64,000 bases of DNA, taken from a virus. The notes under the pieces were generated by a model that was given only the letters and a program-made list of their open reading frames with translations, made no database searches and had not been told where the DNA came from. Where the stretch lies: the IMG/VR virus record IMGVR_UViG_3300017917_002228, positions 32,001-96,000 of that record; one strand, 5' to 3'. The first letter of the stretch is position 1. Every line of letters starts with the position of its first letter. Positions 6,928 through 16,605 of the stretch are shown here, in pieces. The translations under genes and the position numbers were made by a program.

Positions 6928-8643
6928 ATGATTTTGTTTAATACCATTCGTTGGAAGAACTTTCTATCTACAGGAAATAGCTTTACTGAGATTAATCTCA
7001 ATAAAGCTCCTACGACTCTAATTGTTGGTGAGAATGGTGCAGGGAAGTCAACTATGCTTGACGCCCTTTCTTTTGTTCTCTATAATAAGCCATTTCGTAA
7101 GATCAATAAGCCCCAGCTACTCAATTCGATTAACAAAAAAGATCTTCGGGTCGAGATTGAGTTTAGTATTGGGCCAGGCAAATATAAGATCATTCGTGGT
7201 CTTAAGCCTGCTGTATTTGAAGTTTACCAGAACGGTAAATTACTTAACCAGGATGCTGACAGTAAAGACTATCAGGAGGTTCTCGAGAAGCAAATTCTCA
7301 AACTGAATCATAAGTCTTTCTGTCAGGTTGTGGTGCTTGGTAGCGCGTCTTTTGTTCCTTTCATGCAGCTATCAGCACAGAATCGTCGAGAAGTTATTGA
7401 AGACCTTTTGGATATTCAAATCTTCTCGACGATGAACTCTTTGCTTAAACAGAAGATAAACGATAACAGCAGCACGCTGATGAAGGTCGAATATGATTAT
7501 GATTTGGTCTCCGAAAAAATTAAGATGCAACAAGCACACATCGATGCAATGCAGAAAAATACCGAAGAGCAGATCGCCAAGCTTAAATCCGATTTATCCG
7601 ATTACACCCAGCAGATCGACAGTGAAAAGGCTCTTGCTGACGAAAAGGATAGGGCTATACAATCTCTCCAGATCACAATTAGCGATAAAGAGTTGGTTGA
7701 AAAGAAACATGAAAAGCTTAAAGACCTCGAACGTCAACTCAAAGACAAAATTAAAAAGATACAAAACGAAACAGAGTTCTTCTCCTCTCACGATAACTGC
7801 CCTACGTGCAAACAAACTATTGATGATAGATTTAAGTGTGAAACATTATTGGAGAAAGAAAATCAGAGTCGAGAAGTATCAGACGGTATCGAAAAACTCC
7901 AGCAGGAGATTAAGGCTATCGTGGATAGAATCAGTGAGATATCTCAGATCACTTCTCAAATAACTGATTTGAATATTGAGAAAATTACTCATCATAACAG
8001 CGTGCAAGGCTTAATGAAGCAATGTAAAAAGATTGCTACAGAGATTGAAGAACTACAGAAGAAGTCTGATGATTACGCTATCAACGATGATATGATGAAA
8101 GAGCTTGACGATAAGCTTAACTCACTTTCAAACGAGAAGGCAGAACTGCTTCGTGATAAAGATGCATTACAAGTCGCTTCTATTATCCTAAAAGATACTG
8201 GCATTAAGGCTCGTATTATTAAGCAGTATGTACCTGTTATTAATAAACTAATTAACAAGTATTTGGCTGCAATGGACTTCTTCGTTAACTTTGAACTGGA
8301 TGAGAACTTCAATGAAACTATCAAGTCGAGATTTAGAGACGAATTCTCGTATGCCTCTTTCTCAGAGGGTGAAAAGATGCGTATTAACTTGGCTATACTT
8401 TTCACCTGGCGAGCTGTTGCTAAGCTTCGCAATAGCGCTAGCACTAACCTTCTTATCATGGACGAAGTATTGGACGGTTCATTAGACTCAAATGGTACAG
8501 ATGAGTTCCTAAAGATCCTAAACAACTTGACTATTGATACAAATACCTTTATAATTAGTCACAAAGTTGATACTATGTATGATAAGTTTGCAAACGTAAT
8601 CAAGTTTGAAAAACACAAAAACTTTTCGAGGATGGCAGCATGA
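6928..8643 (+). CDS. gp46: recombination ATPase subunit (Rad50/SbcC-like)
   Basis: GENGAGKS, CPTC hook, FSEGEK, LIMDE. Confidence 0.95.
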   Translation: MILFNTIRWKNFLSTGNSFTEINLNKAPTTLIVGENGAGKSTMLDALSFVLYNKPFRKINKPQLLNSINKKDLRVEIEFSIGPGKYKIIRGLKPAVFEVYQNGKLLNQDADSKDYQEVLEKQILKLNHKSFCQVVVLGSASFVPFMQLSAQNRREVIEDLLDIQIFSTMNSLLKQKINDNSSTLMKVEYDYDLVSEKIKMQQAHIDAMQKNTEEQIAKLKSDLSDYTQQIDSEKALADEKDRAIQSLQITISDKELVEKKHEKLKDLERQLKDKIKKIQNETEFFSSHDNCPTCKQTIDDRFKCETLLEKENQSREVSDGIEKLQQEIKAIVDRISEISQITSQITDLNIEKITHHNSVQGLMKQCKKIATEIEELQKKSDDYAINDDMMKELDDKLNSLSNEKAELLRDKDALQVASIILKDTGIKARIIKQYVPVINKLINKYLAAMDFFVNFELDENFNETIKSRFRDEFSYASFSEGEKMRINLAILFTWRAVAKLRNSASTNLLIMDEVLDGSLDSNGTDEFLKILNNLTIDTNTFIISHKVDTMYDKFANVIKFEKHKNFSRMAA

Positions 8644-8933
8644 GTAGAGATTACGAAAGAGGTTATAGTGACGGCTTTGAAGCCGGCTTTAAAATGGCCG
8701 AACGTTTTCATAATAATAAAATAACCGAACATAAGCAAGTTATCGCTCCTGATTATAAATGTATTAAGTGTGGTAAAGTTTTTGAAGCAAATAAAGTATA
8801 TAATTTTGTTTGTGCACATCCACAATGTCCATCTATAATGACATGTCTTACCTCAACAACAATGGGTGCAGTAGGATCATCAGAATATCCAACAACACCA
8901 CCAGGCGCAGTAGGAGCAGCAGGACCTGTATGA
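8640..8933 (+). CDS. hypothetical Zn-ribbon protein
   Basis: CIKCG...CAHPQC. Confidence 0.65.
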   Translation: MSRDYERGYSDGFEAGFKMAERFHNNKITEHKQVIAPDYKCIKCGKVFEANKVYNFVCAHPQCPSIMTCLTSTTMGAVGSSEYPTTPPGAVGAAGPV

Positions 8934-9115
8934 GTAATTTTGAAGAAGAATATAGAAACTGGCACACACGTCTTTCATATATTAAGTCAGCAGCTCGTAT
9001 TGGTGGTTGTGTAGGAGTAATTTTTATTACCCATGCTACTCTACTACCAGTAACTATTTTAGCAACATCATTTTTAGTAGCAGAAATTATTGGTATAGCA
9101 GAGGAATGGGTATAA
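8930..9115 (+). CDS. small membrane protein
   Basis: ATGA overlap with previous gene; hydrophobic C-terminal half. Confidence 0.65.
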   Translation: MSNFEEEYRNWHTRLSYIKSAARIGGCVGVIFITHATLLPVTILATSFLVAEIIGIAEEWV

Positions 9116-9372
9116 TGACTGATATCGATAAAAAAACCGGCTTTAGAGTGGGCGATTATTTTGTTTCGTTTCCTGAAGATGAATTTATTAAAGAAGATCC
9201 AGAAACAGGCGGTATGTATGTGCTTGTAGATATATTCAGACTCGACCGTGATAATAATGCGTTCAGAGTTGAACAAAGTGATATAACACCAGAGATTGAA
9301 CATCTTGTCAATACAGAAATTAATAAAATGTTGACAGCAGCAATAGCCGAGCTTGAGAAGGCAGATAAATAG
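9115..9372 (+). CDS. hypothetical protein
   Basis: TAATG coupling. Confidence 0.65.
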   Translation: MTDIDKKTGFRVGDYFVSFPEDEFIKEDPETGGMYVLVDIFRLDRDNNAFRVEQSDITPEIEHLVNTEINKMLTAAIAELEKADK

Positions 9373-9417
9373 TTTACCAGTGCCCTTCCACTGGTCAACC
9401 AAAACTAGGAGCAATCA

Positions 9418-10263
9418 ATGTCTAAAATTAAAGTAGCTGAACTGTTTTACTCACTTCAAGGTGAGGGACAGTACTTAGGAACTCCAAGCATTTTTCTAAG
9501 AGTGTTTGGATGTAACTTTCAATGCGCAGGCTTTTCTATGCCTCGCGGTCAAAAATCAGAAGAACGTTTAGCAGTAGATCCTTCTAAGTATGAACGCTAT
9601 GAGGACCTTCCTCTTGTTCACACAGGGTGTGATTCATATGCTTCTTGGGATGTGCGCTTTAAAAAGCTCTCACCAATGCTTTCTGTTCAGCAGATTGTAG
9701 ATAAGATGGAAGAACTACTACCTGATGGTAAGTTTGGTAATGATAAGCATCTTATTCTTACAGGTGGTGAACCTCTTCTTGGATGGCAGCGTTCATATAT
9801 TGATCTCTTTGAAGAGATTAAAAGTCGTAGAATGAATCTTACTCATATTACGTTTGAGACAAATGGCACTCAGCCTCTTCAAGAAGAACTTTTACAATAT
9901 CTAAACACCGGTCCTTTTGATGTGACGTTTAGTGTATCATCAAAGCTTCCTTCATCTGGTGAAGCTTGGGAAGATGCAATTAAACCGGAAATTATTAATC
10001 AATACTATTGGGCTGGAACGTTAACCTATTTTAAATGGGTTGTATCTTCGCAAGATGATTATGATGATGTTATTCGTGCTGTAGAAGAATACGGCAAGGT
10101 GTGTGATATGGATGATATTCCTGTTTACCTTATGCCTGCTGGTGGTACTACAATGCACTATGATAATAATGAGAAGTGGGTTGCTGATCTTGCTATGAAA
10201 AATGGCTGGCGTTACTCGCCGCGTCTACAAGTTCAGCTTTGGAAGAATATGTGGGGTACGTAA
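9418..10263 (+). CDS. queE: 7-carboxy-7-deazaguanine synthase (radical SAM)
   Basis: ELFYSLQGEG, LRVFGCNFQC...GCDS, LTGGEP, FETNGT, SPRLQ. Confidence 0.92.
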   Translation: MSKIKVAELFYSLQGEGQYLGTPSIFLRVFGCNFQCAGFSMPRGQKSEERLAVDPSKYERYEDLPLVHTGCDSYASWDVRFKKLSPMLSVQQIVDKMEELLPDGKFGNDKHLILTGGEPLLGWQRSYIDLFEEIKSRRMNLTHITFETNGTQPLQEELLQYLNTGPFDVTFSVSSKLPSSGEAWEDAIKPEIINQYYWAGTLTYFKWVVSSQDDYDDVIRAVEEYGKVCDMDDIPVYLMPAGGTTMHYDNNEKWVADLAMKNGWRYSPRLQVQLWKNMWGT

Positions 10264-10808
10264 TGGAATACATTGATACAAATATCACTAAATCTCCAAC
10301 AATGGAAGCAAGAATCCCTCGTACATACAAATACGTTTCAACAAAAGAATATCATGATGCATTTCCGTGCGCATATCGTCAATGGAGAGCTGATAGCCAT
10401 TGTAATTTGATTCATGGCTACAGCTTCTCTATGAAGTTTTATTTTGGTACAGATCATCTAGACGTTCGTAACTGGGTTGCTGATTATGGCGGTTTGAAAG
10501 AACTCAAGAAAGTTCTCGAAGATCAGTTTGATCATACACTACTAGTCGCTCAAGACGATCCTCATTTCGATGTATATAAGTTGCTCGAAGAAAAGAACTT
10601 GGCTAAATTAACGGTATTGCCTAAACTAGGATGTGAAGGGCTAGCTGATATGCTTTACAAATATGTAAACGGAGTCTACATTCCTGATATGTGGGGCCCT
10701 GGTGAAGCTGATCGTTTGTGGTGCTTCAGAGTTGAAGTACGTGAAACGCAGGCTAACATGGCATATCGAGTTGGTCATAGAGAATGGAATGAGGATTTGT
10801 TTGAATGA
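10263..10808 (+). CDS. queD: 6-carboxy-5,6,7,8-tetrahydropterin synthase
   Basis: SHCNLIHGY, DYGGLK, FDHTLL, VRET. Confidence 0.9.
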   Translation: MEYIDTNITKSPTMEARIPRTYKYVSTKEYHDAFPCAYRQWRADSHCNLIHGYSFSMKFYFGTDHLDVRNWVADYGGLKELKKVLEDQFDHTLLVAQDDPHFDVYKLLEEKNLAKLTVLPKLGCEGLADMLYKYVNGVYIPDMWGPGEADRLWCFRVEVRETQANMAYRVGHREWNEDLFE

Positions 10809-11494
10809 GTATATCTGAAAAGATTAAAAAAAGGATTAAAGATGCAGGCGCTCGCTTTCATGCCAATGATAACATTAGCGAATTTATTCGTGATAATGAG
10901 CGTGATGCACTCATTGAGGAACTAGCAACTAAGTTTGACGGGGTACTTCGTTCACTTATTATTGACGTTGATACTGATCCTAACTCAAAAGGAACAGCAA
11001 AGCGTCTTGCTAAGATGTATGTGAACGAGATTATGGAAGGCCGTTATTGGCCTGCTCCAGCTGTTGCAGCATTTCCTAACGATGGTTCTCACGGCACAGA
11101 TCCTTACAAGGGCATGCTCGTAGTACGTGCAGAACTAAAGTCAATGTGCTCACATCATCATCAGCCAGTTACAGGTACTGCATACATCGGTATCATTCCG
11201 AGCGGTAAAGTAATTGGATTGAGCAAATATATTCGTATTGCTCAGCATTGTGCACGTCGTGGTACATTACAAGAAGAACTGTGCGGTGATATTGCACAAG
11301 CTATTATGGAAGCAACTTCTTCTGGTAACGTAGCAGTTTACATTGAAGCTAAGCACGGATGCTGTGAGAATCGTGGTGTAATGGCTTCGAACAGTACTAC
11401 TCAAACTACAGTGCTCCATGGTATGTTCCACGATGCTGGTGTTAAATCAGAGTTCTATTCGAACATTCGACTACAGAAGTATAATTGCAGTTGA
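10805..11494 (+). CDS. folE: GTP cyclohydrolase I
   Basis: SMCSHHHQP, VIGLSK, LQE, HGC..RG. Confidence 0.95.
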   Translation: MSISEKIKKRIKDAGARFHANDNISEFIRDNERDALIEELATKFDGVLRSLIIDVDTDPNSKGTAKRLAKMYVNEIMEGRYWPAPAVAAFPNDGSHGTDPYKGMLVVRAELKSMCSHHHQPVTGTAYIGIIPSGKVIGLSKYIRIAQHCARRGTLQEELCGDIAQAIMEATSSGNVAVYIEAKHGCCENRGVMASNSTTQTTVLHGMFHDAGVKSEFYSNIRLQKYNCS

Positions 11495-11519
11495 TTTTAT
11501 TATGCTCCTATACTAGTAT
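11491..11519 (+). promoter_or_regulatory. sigma70-type early promoter inside the modification cluster
   Basis: TTGATT-N17-TAGTAT. Confidence 0.5.
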
Positions 11520-11539
11520 TAGAGGTATAGGAGATCGTT

Positions 11540-11752
11540 ATGAAAAACTTGACATCTGAACTGAAAAGCATCTACGGCGAACGTGATCTGAATAAGAAGA
11601 GAGAGCTTGCTAAACGGTTGATCGAAAATTCGCATGCGAAAACGACAACCAAAAATCAAGCTCTCTTTCTTGTTATGAATAAGTTGAGCGTAGATAAGAT
11701 TGACCGTTTTATGACAAATTATGTTTTGTCAGGTGAAGGTATGAAGGTATGA
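11540..11752 (+). CDS. hypothetical protein
   Basis: RBS AGGAG; 70 aa. Confidence 0.7.
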   Translation: MKNLTSELKSIYGERDLNKKRELAKRLIENSHAKTTTKNQALFLVMNKLSVDKIDRFMTNYVLSGEGMKV

Positions 11753-12273
11753 TCGTTAAAAAAATACCTTATGATGATGATGTTAGGAAAGCTATTTGGC
11801 CTTCCTTCAAATTATCTCTAGAAGAAAAGCATGGTAACTCAGGCGCTATCGGTCAACGAGGCGAAGAGAATGCTATTAATTTAATTCAAGAACATTTTCC
11901 TAATATGTTTCAAGTATGCTACGATCATTCAGAAGACGTAGCAGCTCAATACCGTGGTATAGACTTGACTCTTTTTCATCGACAGGGTATTATGACTGTT
12001 GATGTTAAATCAGGTAAGACTGGTCTATACTGGGATAGAGATAACAAATACTGGTATATTACTCTACGTGAAGACTTTTTTAACAAGCGCAAAAACAATA
12101 ATGCAATCATGCATGTAGGGCCTAAGGGTGATCTTTTTGCGCTCTATAATAAATCAGAAATGGAAAAGTTCTTTATTAGTAATGAAGAGCTTTTTATAAA
12201 AGATGAATATGGCTATCGTTTAAGTATGGATGATTGGCCTGACTTTATACAGCATAACCTCCGGAGATATTAA
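11749..12273 (+). CDS. putative PD-(D/E)XK nuclease
   Basis: GQRGEE helix, QYRGID, TVDVK pattern. Confidence 0.55.
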   Translation: MIVKKIPYDDDVRKAIWPSFKLSLEEKHGNSGAIGQRGEENAINLIQEHFPNMFQVCYDHSEDVAAQYRGIDLTLFHRQGIMTVDVKSGKTGLYWDRDNKYWYITLREDFFNKRKNNNAIMHVGPKGDLFALYNKSEMEKFFISNEELFIKDEYGYRLSMDDWPDFIQHNLRRY

Positions 12274-13052
12274 TGAAGATAGCACATGAGGCTCCTAAAT
12301 CTATTTTTGCACACGTCCAGCGCAAGACGGATTACGATTATGCGCTAGTGCATTTGTTTGAGACTGATCCAGTCTACTATCGCTTGTTTAAAGATGCAGT
12401 TATTCAAGGACGTGAAGTTATTCTCGATAACTCTATCTTTGAATTAGGTACAGCGTTTAGTGGCGACAAGTATTACAAGTGGATTAACGAACTTAAACCT
12501 ACTTGGTATATTATTCCAGATGTTCTAGGCGATAGAACAGCTACCATGGAAAGCATGGATAGATGGCTTTCTACTTATAAAGTAGAGGGTGTAAAGTCTA
12601 TTGGTGTTGTTCAAGGCAGCAATTATGATGAGGTTGTTAGATGTTATCTTGAACTAGCTCCTAAGGTTGATAAGGTTGCTATCTCATTTGATTATCAGTT
12701 CTTTGTTTCTGGTATTAATAACAAGTACGTAGACTATATGGCAGGTCGTATTAGTCTTATTAAACGTCTTTTAGATGAAAAAATTATTGATGAGAATAAA
12801 CCTCATCATCTACTCGGTTGCGGTCTACCTCAAGAGTTTCAATTTTATCGTGATATGAAATATACATTTATCGATAGCATTGATACATCTAATCCAGTTG
12901 TTCACGGATTAAATCGTATTCGTTATACACCAACAGGCTTGGCAGATAAAGTTCCTACAAAGCTTATTGAATATATGGACGAAGAAGTAACTAAAGATCA
13001 ACTTAAAGATATTGATTACAACATCGCAATGTTTAGAGAATTTTGCAAATGA
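12273..13052 (+). CDS. dpdA: TGT-fold 7-deazaguanine insertion enzyme (DpdA, probably DpdA3-like)
   Basis: ILDNSIFE, IPDV, GVVQG, HLLG, SIDTS align with TGT catalytic motifs; sits inside the preQ0/preQ1 cluster. Confidence 0.8.
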   Translation: MKIAHEAPKSIFAHVQRKTDYDYALVHLFETDPVYYRLFKDAVIQGREVILDNSIFELGTAFSGDKYYKWINELKPTWYIIPDVLGDRTATMESMDRWLSTYKVEGVKSIGVVQGSNYDEVVRCYLELAPKVDKVAISFDYQFFVSGINNKYVDYMAGRISLIKRLLDEKIIDENKPHHLLGCGLPQEFQFYRDMKYTFIDSIDTSNPVVHGLNRIRYTPTGLADKVPTKLIEYMDEEVTKDQLKDIDYNIAMFREFCK

Positions 13053-13573
13053 AATGGATAGCATTATTCAGCCAAACAGGAAGTGAGATTAACCGTATTG
13101 CAGAAGCATTAGGCCGTTGGCCTGACGCAGTTTTGACTAATAATCGCGATCTTAACGACTGGGAAGATTATATAGATCTTACCGAAACCTCTGTGTTTAT
13201 TTCTAATACAGAAGGTATTAATAATGCACTCCGTAAAGCAGATCGTGCATTTGTAACGCTACACGGATATCTTCGTATTATACCAGCCGATATTTGTAAA
13301 CGTCATAAAATATATAACGGGCACCCTGCTCTTATTAGTGAGTATCCAGAACTAAAAGGTAAAGATCCTCAAGAGCGAGTCTGGTTAGCAGGTAAGGAAA
13401 TTTATCCTAATATAGGTTCTGTAGTACATGAGTGTACACCAGAGCTTGATGGTGGTAAGATTATTAGTGTTGCGATGGATTTTAATCATTGCAATACTAA
13501 GCAAGAGTTGTATAATAAGCTTAAAGAGACTTCTCTCAAAGCTTGGACTTTCTTTCTGGAGACGCGTCTATGA
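13049..13573 (+). CDS. PurN-like formyltransferase (DpdN-like preQ1 formyltransferase)
   Basis: ALFSQTGS, LHGYLRII, YNGHPAL, G.VVH..T.ELDGGKII formyltransferase motifs. Confidence 0.8.
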   Translation: MKWIALFSQTGSEINRIAEALGRWPDAVLTNNRDLNDWEDYIDLTETSVFISNTEGINNALRKADRAFVTLHGYLRIIPADICKRHKIYNGHPALISEYPELKGKDPQERVWLAGKEIYPNIGSVVHECTPELDGGKIISVAMDFNHCNTKQELYNKLKETSLKAWTFFLETRL

Positions 13574-13815
13574 CTAAGAATGCTATTCGTCCTTCTCATT
13601 ATAAGGCAGACGGCTGTAAGTATGAGTGTATTGAAGTAATTGAAGAGTTGTGCGGTCTGTCTAATAATGATCGTTTTACTGATTATAATCGCTTTCAGGC
13701 ATTTAAGTACGTATGGCGTGCTGGTATGAAAGATCCTGTGTTGCAGGATTTAAAGAAGGCTAAACAGTTTATTGAATTTGCTATTGCTTACGAGGAAAAT
13801 AAAAATGTCAAGTGA
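13570..13815 (+). CDS. DUF3310 protein (T7 gp1.7 nucleotide kinase-related)
   Basis: PSHY...ECIEVI...KYVWRAG.K...QDLKKA. Confidence 0.85.
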   Translation: MTKNAIRPSHYKADGCKYECIEVIEELCGLSNNDRFTDYNRFQAFKYVWRAGMKDPVLQDLKKAKQFIEFAIAYEENKNVK

Positions 13816-14728
13816 TATTATTAATCAACTAGCCAGCGTACATCTAGGTAAAGCGGGAGATGGTAGCGTTGTCAAACCGTATGTTACTCCTGATAATATT
13901 GATCCTTCTCTTCTTGTGCCTGTGCCTCGCCATCTTAATCGTACCGGGTACGGTATTGAAGACAATAATCTACCTTTTATTGGGTATGATACTTGGAACT
14001 GCTATGAGTTTAGTACTTTAACAAATAATGGCTTCCCAGTATCCGGTGTCATTCGAATTGTATATTCTTCTTATCAACCAAATATTGTTGAGTCAAAGTC
14101 GCTTAAGCTTTATTTGAACTCGTTCAATATGCATAAGAGTGGCACTACTATTCAAGACGTTATTGAGTTTGTAGAAGACCAGATTGAAGTAGATCTTCAG
14201 GGTATTGGTATTAGTGCATCAGCATGCTTTCATGATGAGACTGCAATCGTCACTCAACCTATTCAGGGTGACTTTTTGACTCTCGAAAACTTCTGCGACG
14301 TTGAGTCTATGACGTTTGACCACTATAATGAAGATCCGGCTATTCTTGAAGTAATTGATAATCCAGACTACTATGATAGTTGGAAGTCGCATTCATTGCG
14401 TTCAAACTGTCGTGTAACTAATCAGCCGGACTGGGGTGATGTTTATATTCATATTGGTGGTGATAAGACAGTAACTCCTGAATCACTCTTGCAGTACATT
14501 GTATCGATGCGTAAAGAGAATCACTTCCACGAAGAAATTTGTGAGTGTATCTACAAGCGTCTTCTCGATACTTTGAATCCAGAAGAGCTTATGGTTGCAT
14601 GTCTCTATACTCGTCGTGGTGGTATCGATATTAATCCTGTACGTGCAAAGAGTAACAGCACTTTGTTTAAGTATGCAGGTAATCTTATTCAACCAGACTT
14701 CCTTAATTATAAGACAATGAGACAATAA
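13805..14728 (+). CDS. queF: NADPH-dependent 7-cyano-7-deazaguanine reductase (bimodular)
   Basis: ESKSLKLYLNS, SNCRVTNQPDWG, FHEEICE, YTRRGGIDINP. Confidence 0.93.
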   Translation: MSSDIINQLASVHLGKAGDGSVVKPYVTPDNIDPSLLVPVPRHLNRTGYGIEDNNLPFIGYDTWNCYEFSTLTNNGFPVSGVIRIVYSSYQPNIVESKSLKLYLNSFNMHKSGTTIQDVIEFVEDQIEVDLQGIGISASACFHDETAIVTQPIQGDFLTLENFCDVESMTFDHYNEDPAILEVIDNPDYYDSWKSHSLRSNCRVTNQPDWGDVYIHIGGDKTVTPESLLQYIVSMRKENHFHEEICECIYKRLLDTLNPEELMVACLYTRRGGIDINPVRAKSNSTLFKYAGNLIQPDFLNYKTMRQ

Positions 14729-15477
14729 TGAATCTACAACAAGCGCTTGATAAACTTCCCAACACTGATCAGAACGTAGTATCGGTCCTCTCCGGAGGAC
14801 TCGACTCTACTATTATGACTTACATTCTTGTCAAGAAATATGGCAAGGATAGAGTTTTTGCTTTATCATACGACTATGGACAGAAGCAAAAGATTGAATT
14901 AGATATGGCTCGTCGTACTTGTATGTACCTCGGCATTAGTCATAAAATTCTCGATCTAGGTATTTTAGGTGAGATAGTAAAAAATGTTTCTGCTAACATT
15001 AATGGTACTGATGTCGCGATGCCTACCATTAGAGACGTTCTAGGTGATCCTCAACCGAAAACCTATGTACCGTTTCGTAATATGATCTTGAATGCTCTTG
15101 CATTCTCTTATGCAGAAGCAAATAAAGCATCTCATGTTTTTACCGGTCTTCAAGTTCACGATGAGTATGGCTACTGGGATACTACTCAGAAGTTTGTAGA
15201 TGCAATGAATGCAGTTGCTGATCAAAACCGTACTCATAAAGTTAAGATGGAAGCACCTTTTAGTCTACTATCTAAGTATGACGAATTAAAGATTGCTAAT
15301 GAACTAGGTGGAGTTAAATTAGAATATACTCTAACATGTTATAATCCGGATGAACAGGGTCGTTCATGTGGTATGTGTCCATCATGTTCAGAACGTATTC
15401 AGAACTTTATTAAAGCTGGTATGCGCGACCCGATTCCATATTCTATAGGTATTGAATGGGAAAGGTTTGTTAAGTAA
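14728..15477 (+). CDS. queC: 7-cyano-7-deazaguanine synthase
   Basis: SGGLDST, YGQK, TYVPFRN, TCY...CGMCPSC. Confidence 0.95.
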   Translation: MNLQQALDKLPNTDQNVVSVLSGGLDSTIMTYILVKKYGKDRVFALSYDYGQKQKIELDMARRTCMYLGISHKILDLGILGEIVKNVSANINGTDVAMPTIRDVLGDPQPKTYVPFRNMILNALAFSYAEANKASHVFTGLQVHDEYGYWDTTQKFVDAMNAVADQNRTHKVKMEAPFSLLSKYDELKIANELGGVKLEYTLTCYNPDEQGRSCGMCPSCSERIQNFIKAGMRDPIPYSIGIEWERFVK

Positions 15478-16109
15478 TGTGTTCTATCACAGGGTCATTC
15501 TCTAAAGAAGTTGTAGCTGCGCTTGCGCAGCTCAACGCATATCGTGGTCAGCATTCACACTCAGTTTACGTCTTTGAACGTTTTACAAATAGAGTGTTGT
15601 ATGCGCATCGCGATCTAGGCGAACTTAATTTGGAAGATCATAATCTTCCAGATGGTTATATTGTAGTGCATCAACAAGCACCCACTACTGACAATAAGGA
15701 TGAGTCTTCGATTCATCCAGCTCAGATTAACGAAAACCTTTTGTGGCATAATGGTATCGTAAAAGCAGAAGAGATTAAAAATCTACAGAGTGAGTTAGAG
15801 TCTACTATTTCATGGGATACTAAACTAATTCTCCTCAAACTTATGCTATATAATTCAGTAAAGGACATTGATGGTACCTTTAGCTGTTTATGGTATGATG
15901 GAACTAATATGTTCCTATTTCGTAATGAGATTAGTCCAATGTTTATTGACGCGGACGGAAACATTTCTTCTACAAAGTTTCCAGGCTCTGAGCCTATCGA
16001 TCCAAACTTCCTCTGGATTTTTAACCCATCCTATCCTACACTAACAGAATACTTGGAAGAATTTAACACAGTTGAGAACCCTTATTTTTTTGCGGATGAA
16101 CAGAAATGA
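15477..16109 (+). CDS. stand-alone class II (Ntn) glutamine amidotransferase
   Basis: N-terminal MC, RG, HQQAPT, HP, HNG, DT, GTFS. Confidence 0.85.
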   Translation: MCSITGSFSKEVVAALAQLNAYRGQHSHSVYVFERFTNRVLYAHRDLGELNLEDHNLPDGYIVVHQQAPTTDNKDESSIHPAQINENLLWHNGIVKAEEIKNLQSELESTISWDTKLILLKLMLYNSVKDIDGTFSCLWYDGTNMFLFRNEISPMFIDADGNISSTKFPGSEPIDPNFLWIFNPSYPTLTEYLEEFNTVENPYFFADEQK

Positions 16110-16603
16110 TGTTGCATATTATGTCCGGTGAAACTGGATCTACACTTACTGAAGTACAAGAAGAAGATATTCAGCCTAACGCAGTTGATCTTCGTGTTGC
16201 TAAGATCTTTAAAATTAAAGAAGAAGATTTTATTATTGATAATGAAACAAAAACTCATCGTGGTTCAGAAGAGATTCATCCATACCCTTCAGGTATGTGG
16301 TATCTTAAACCAGGTACCTATGAGATTGTGATGGAGAATATTATCCATGTCGGTGAAGACGAAGCTGGTTGGGTTATTACACGATCCACTCTTAATCGTA
16401 ATGGTGTGTTTATTACTTCTGGTCTTTATGATAGTGGTTATCATGGCGTAATGGCTGGCGCTATGCATGTGACTACTGGACCGATGTGGATTAAAAAAGG
16501 AACTCGAGTAGGTCAGTTCCTTCTCTTTAAGTCACAAGCACTAAAGAAGTATGATGGTGATTATGGTATCGGCAAAGCGCACGATCAAAAGTACGGAGTA
16601 TAA
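16106..16603 (+). CDS. trimeric dUTPase / dCTP deaminase family protein
   Basis: QPNAVDLR, RSTLNR, GLYDSGYHG, RVGQ, YDGDY. Confidence 0.85.
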   Translation: MMLHIMSGETGSTLTEVQEEDIQPNAVDLRVAKIFKIKEEDFIIDNETKTHRGSEEIHPYPSGMWYLKPGTYEIVMENIIHVGEDEAGWVITRSTLNRNGVFITSGLYDSGYHGVMAGAMHVTTGPMWIKKGTRVGQFLLFKSQALKKYDGDYGIGKAHDQKYGV

Positions 16604-16605
16604 TT

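Noticed and set aside
12273-13052. Ordinary tRNA-guanine transglycosylase for queuosine
   Set aside because: Too short and divergent, lacks the Zn-binding CxCxxC region, and no queA/queG is present; DNA-directed DpdA fits better
13049-13573. Auxiliary purine biosynthesis gene purN
   Set aside because: No other pur genes in the window; it is coupled to dpdA within the que cluster
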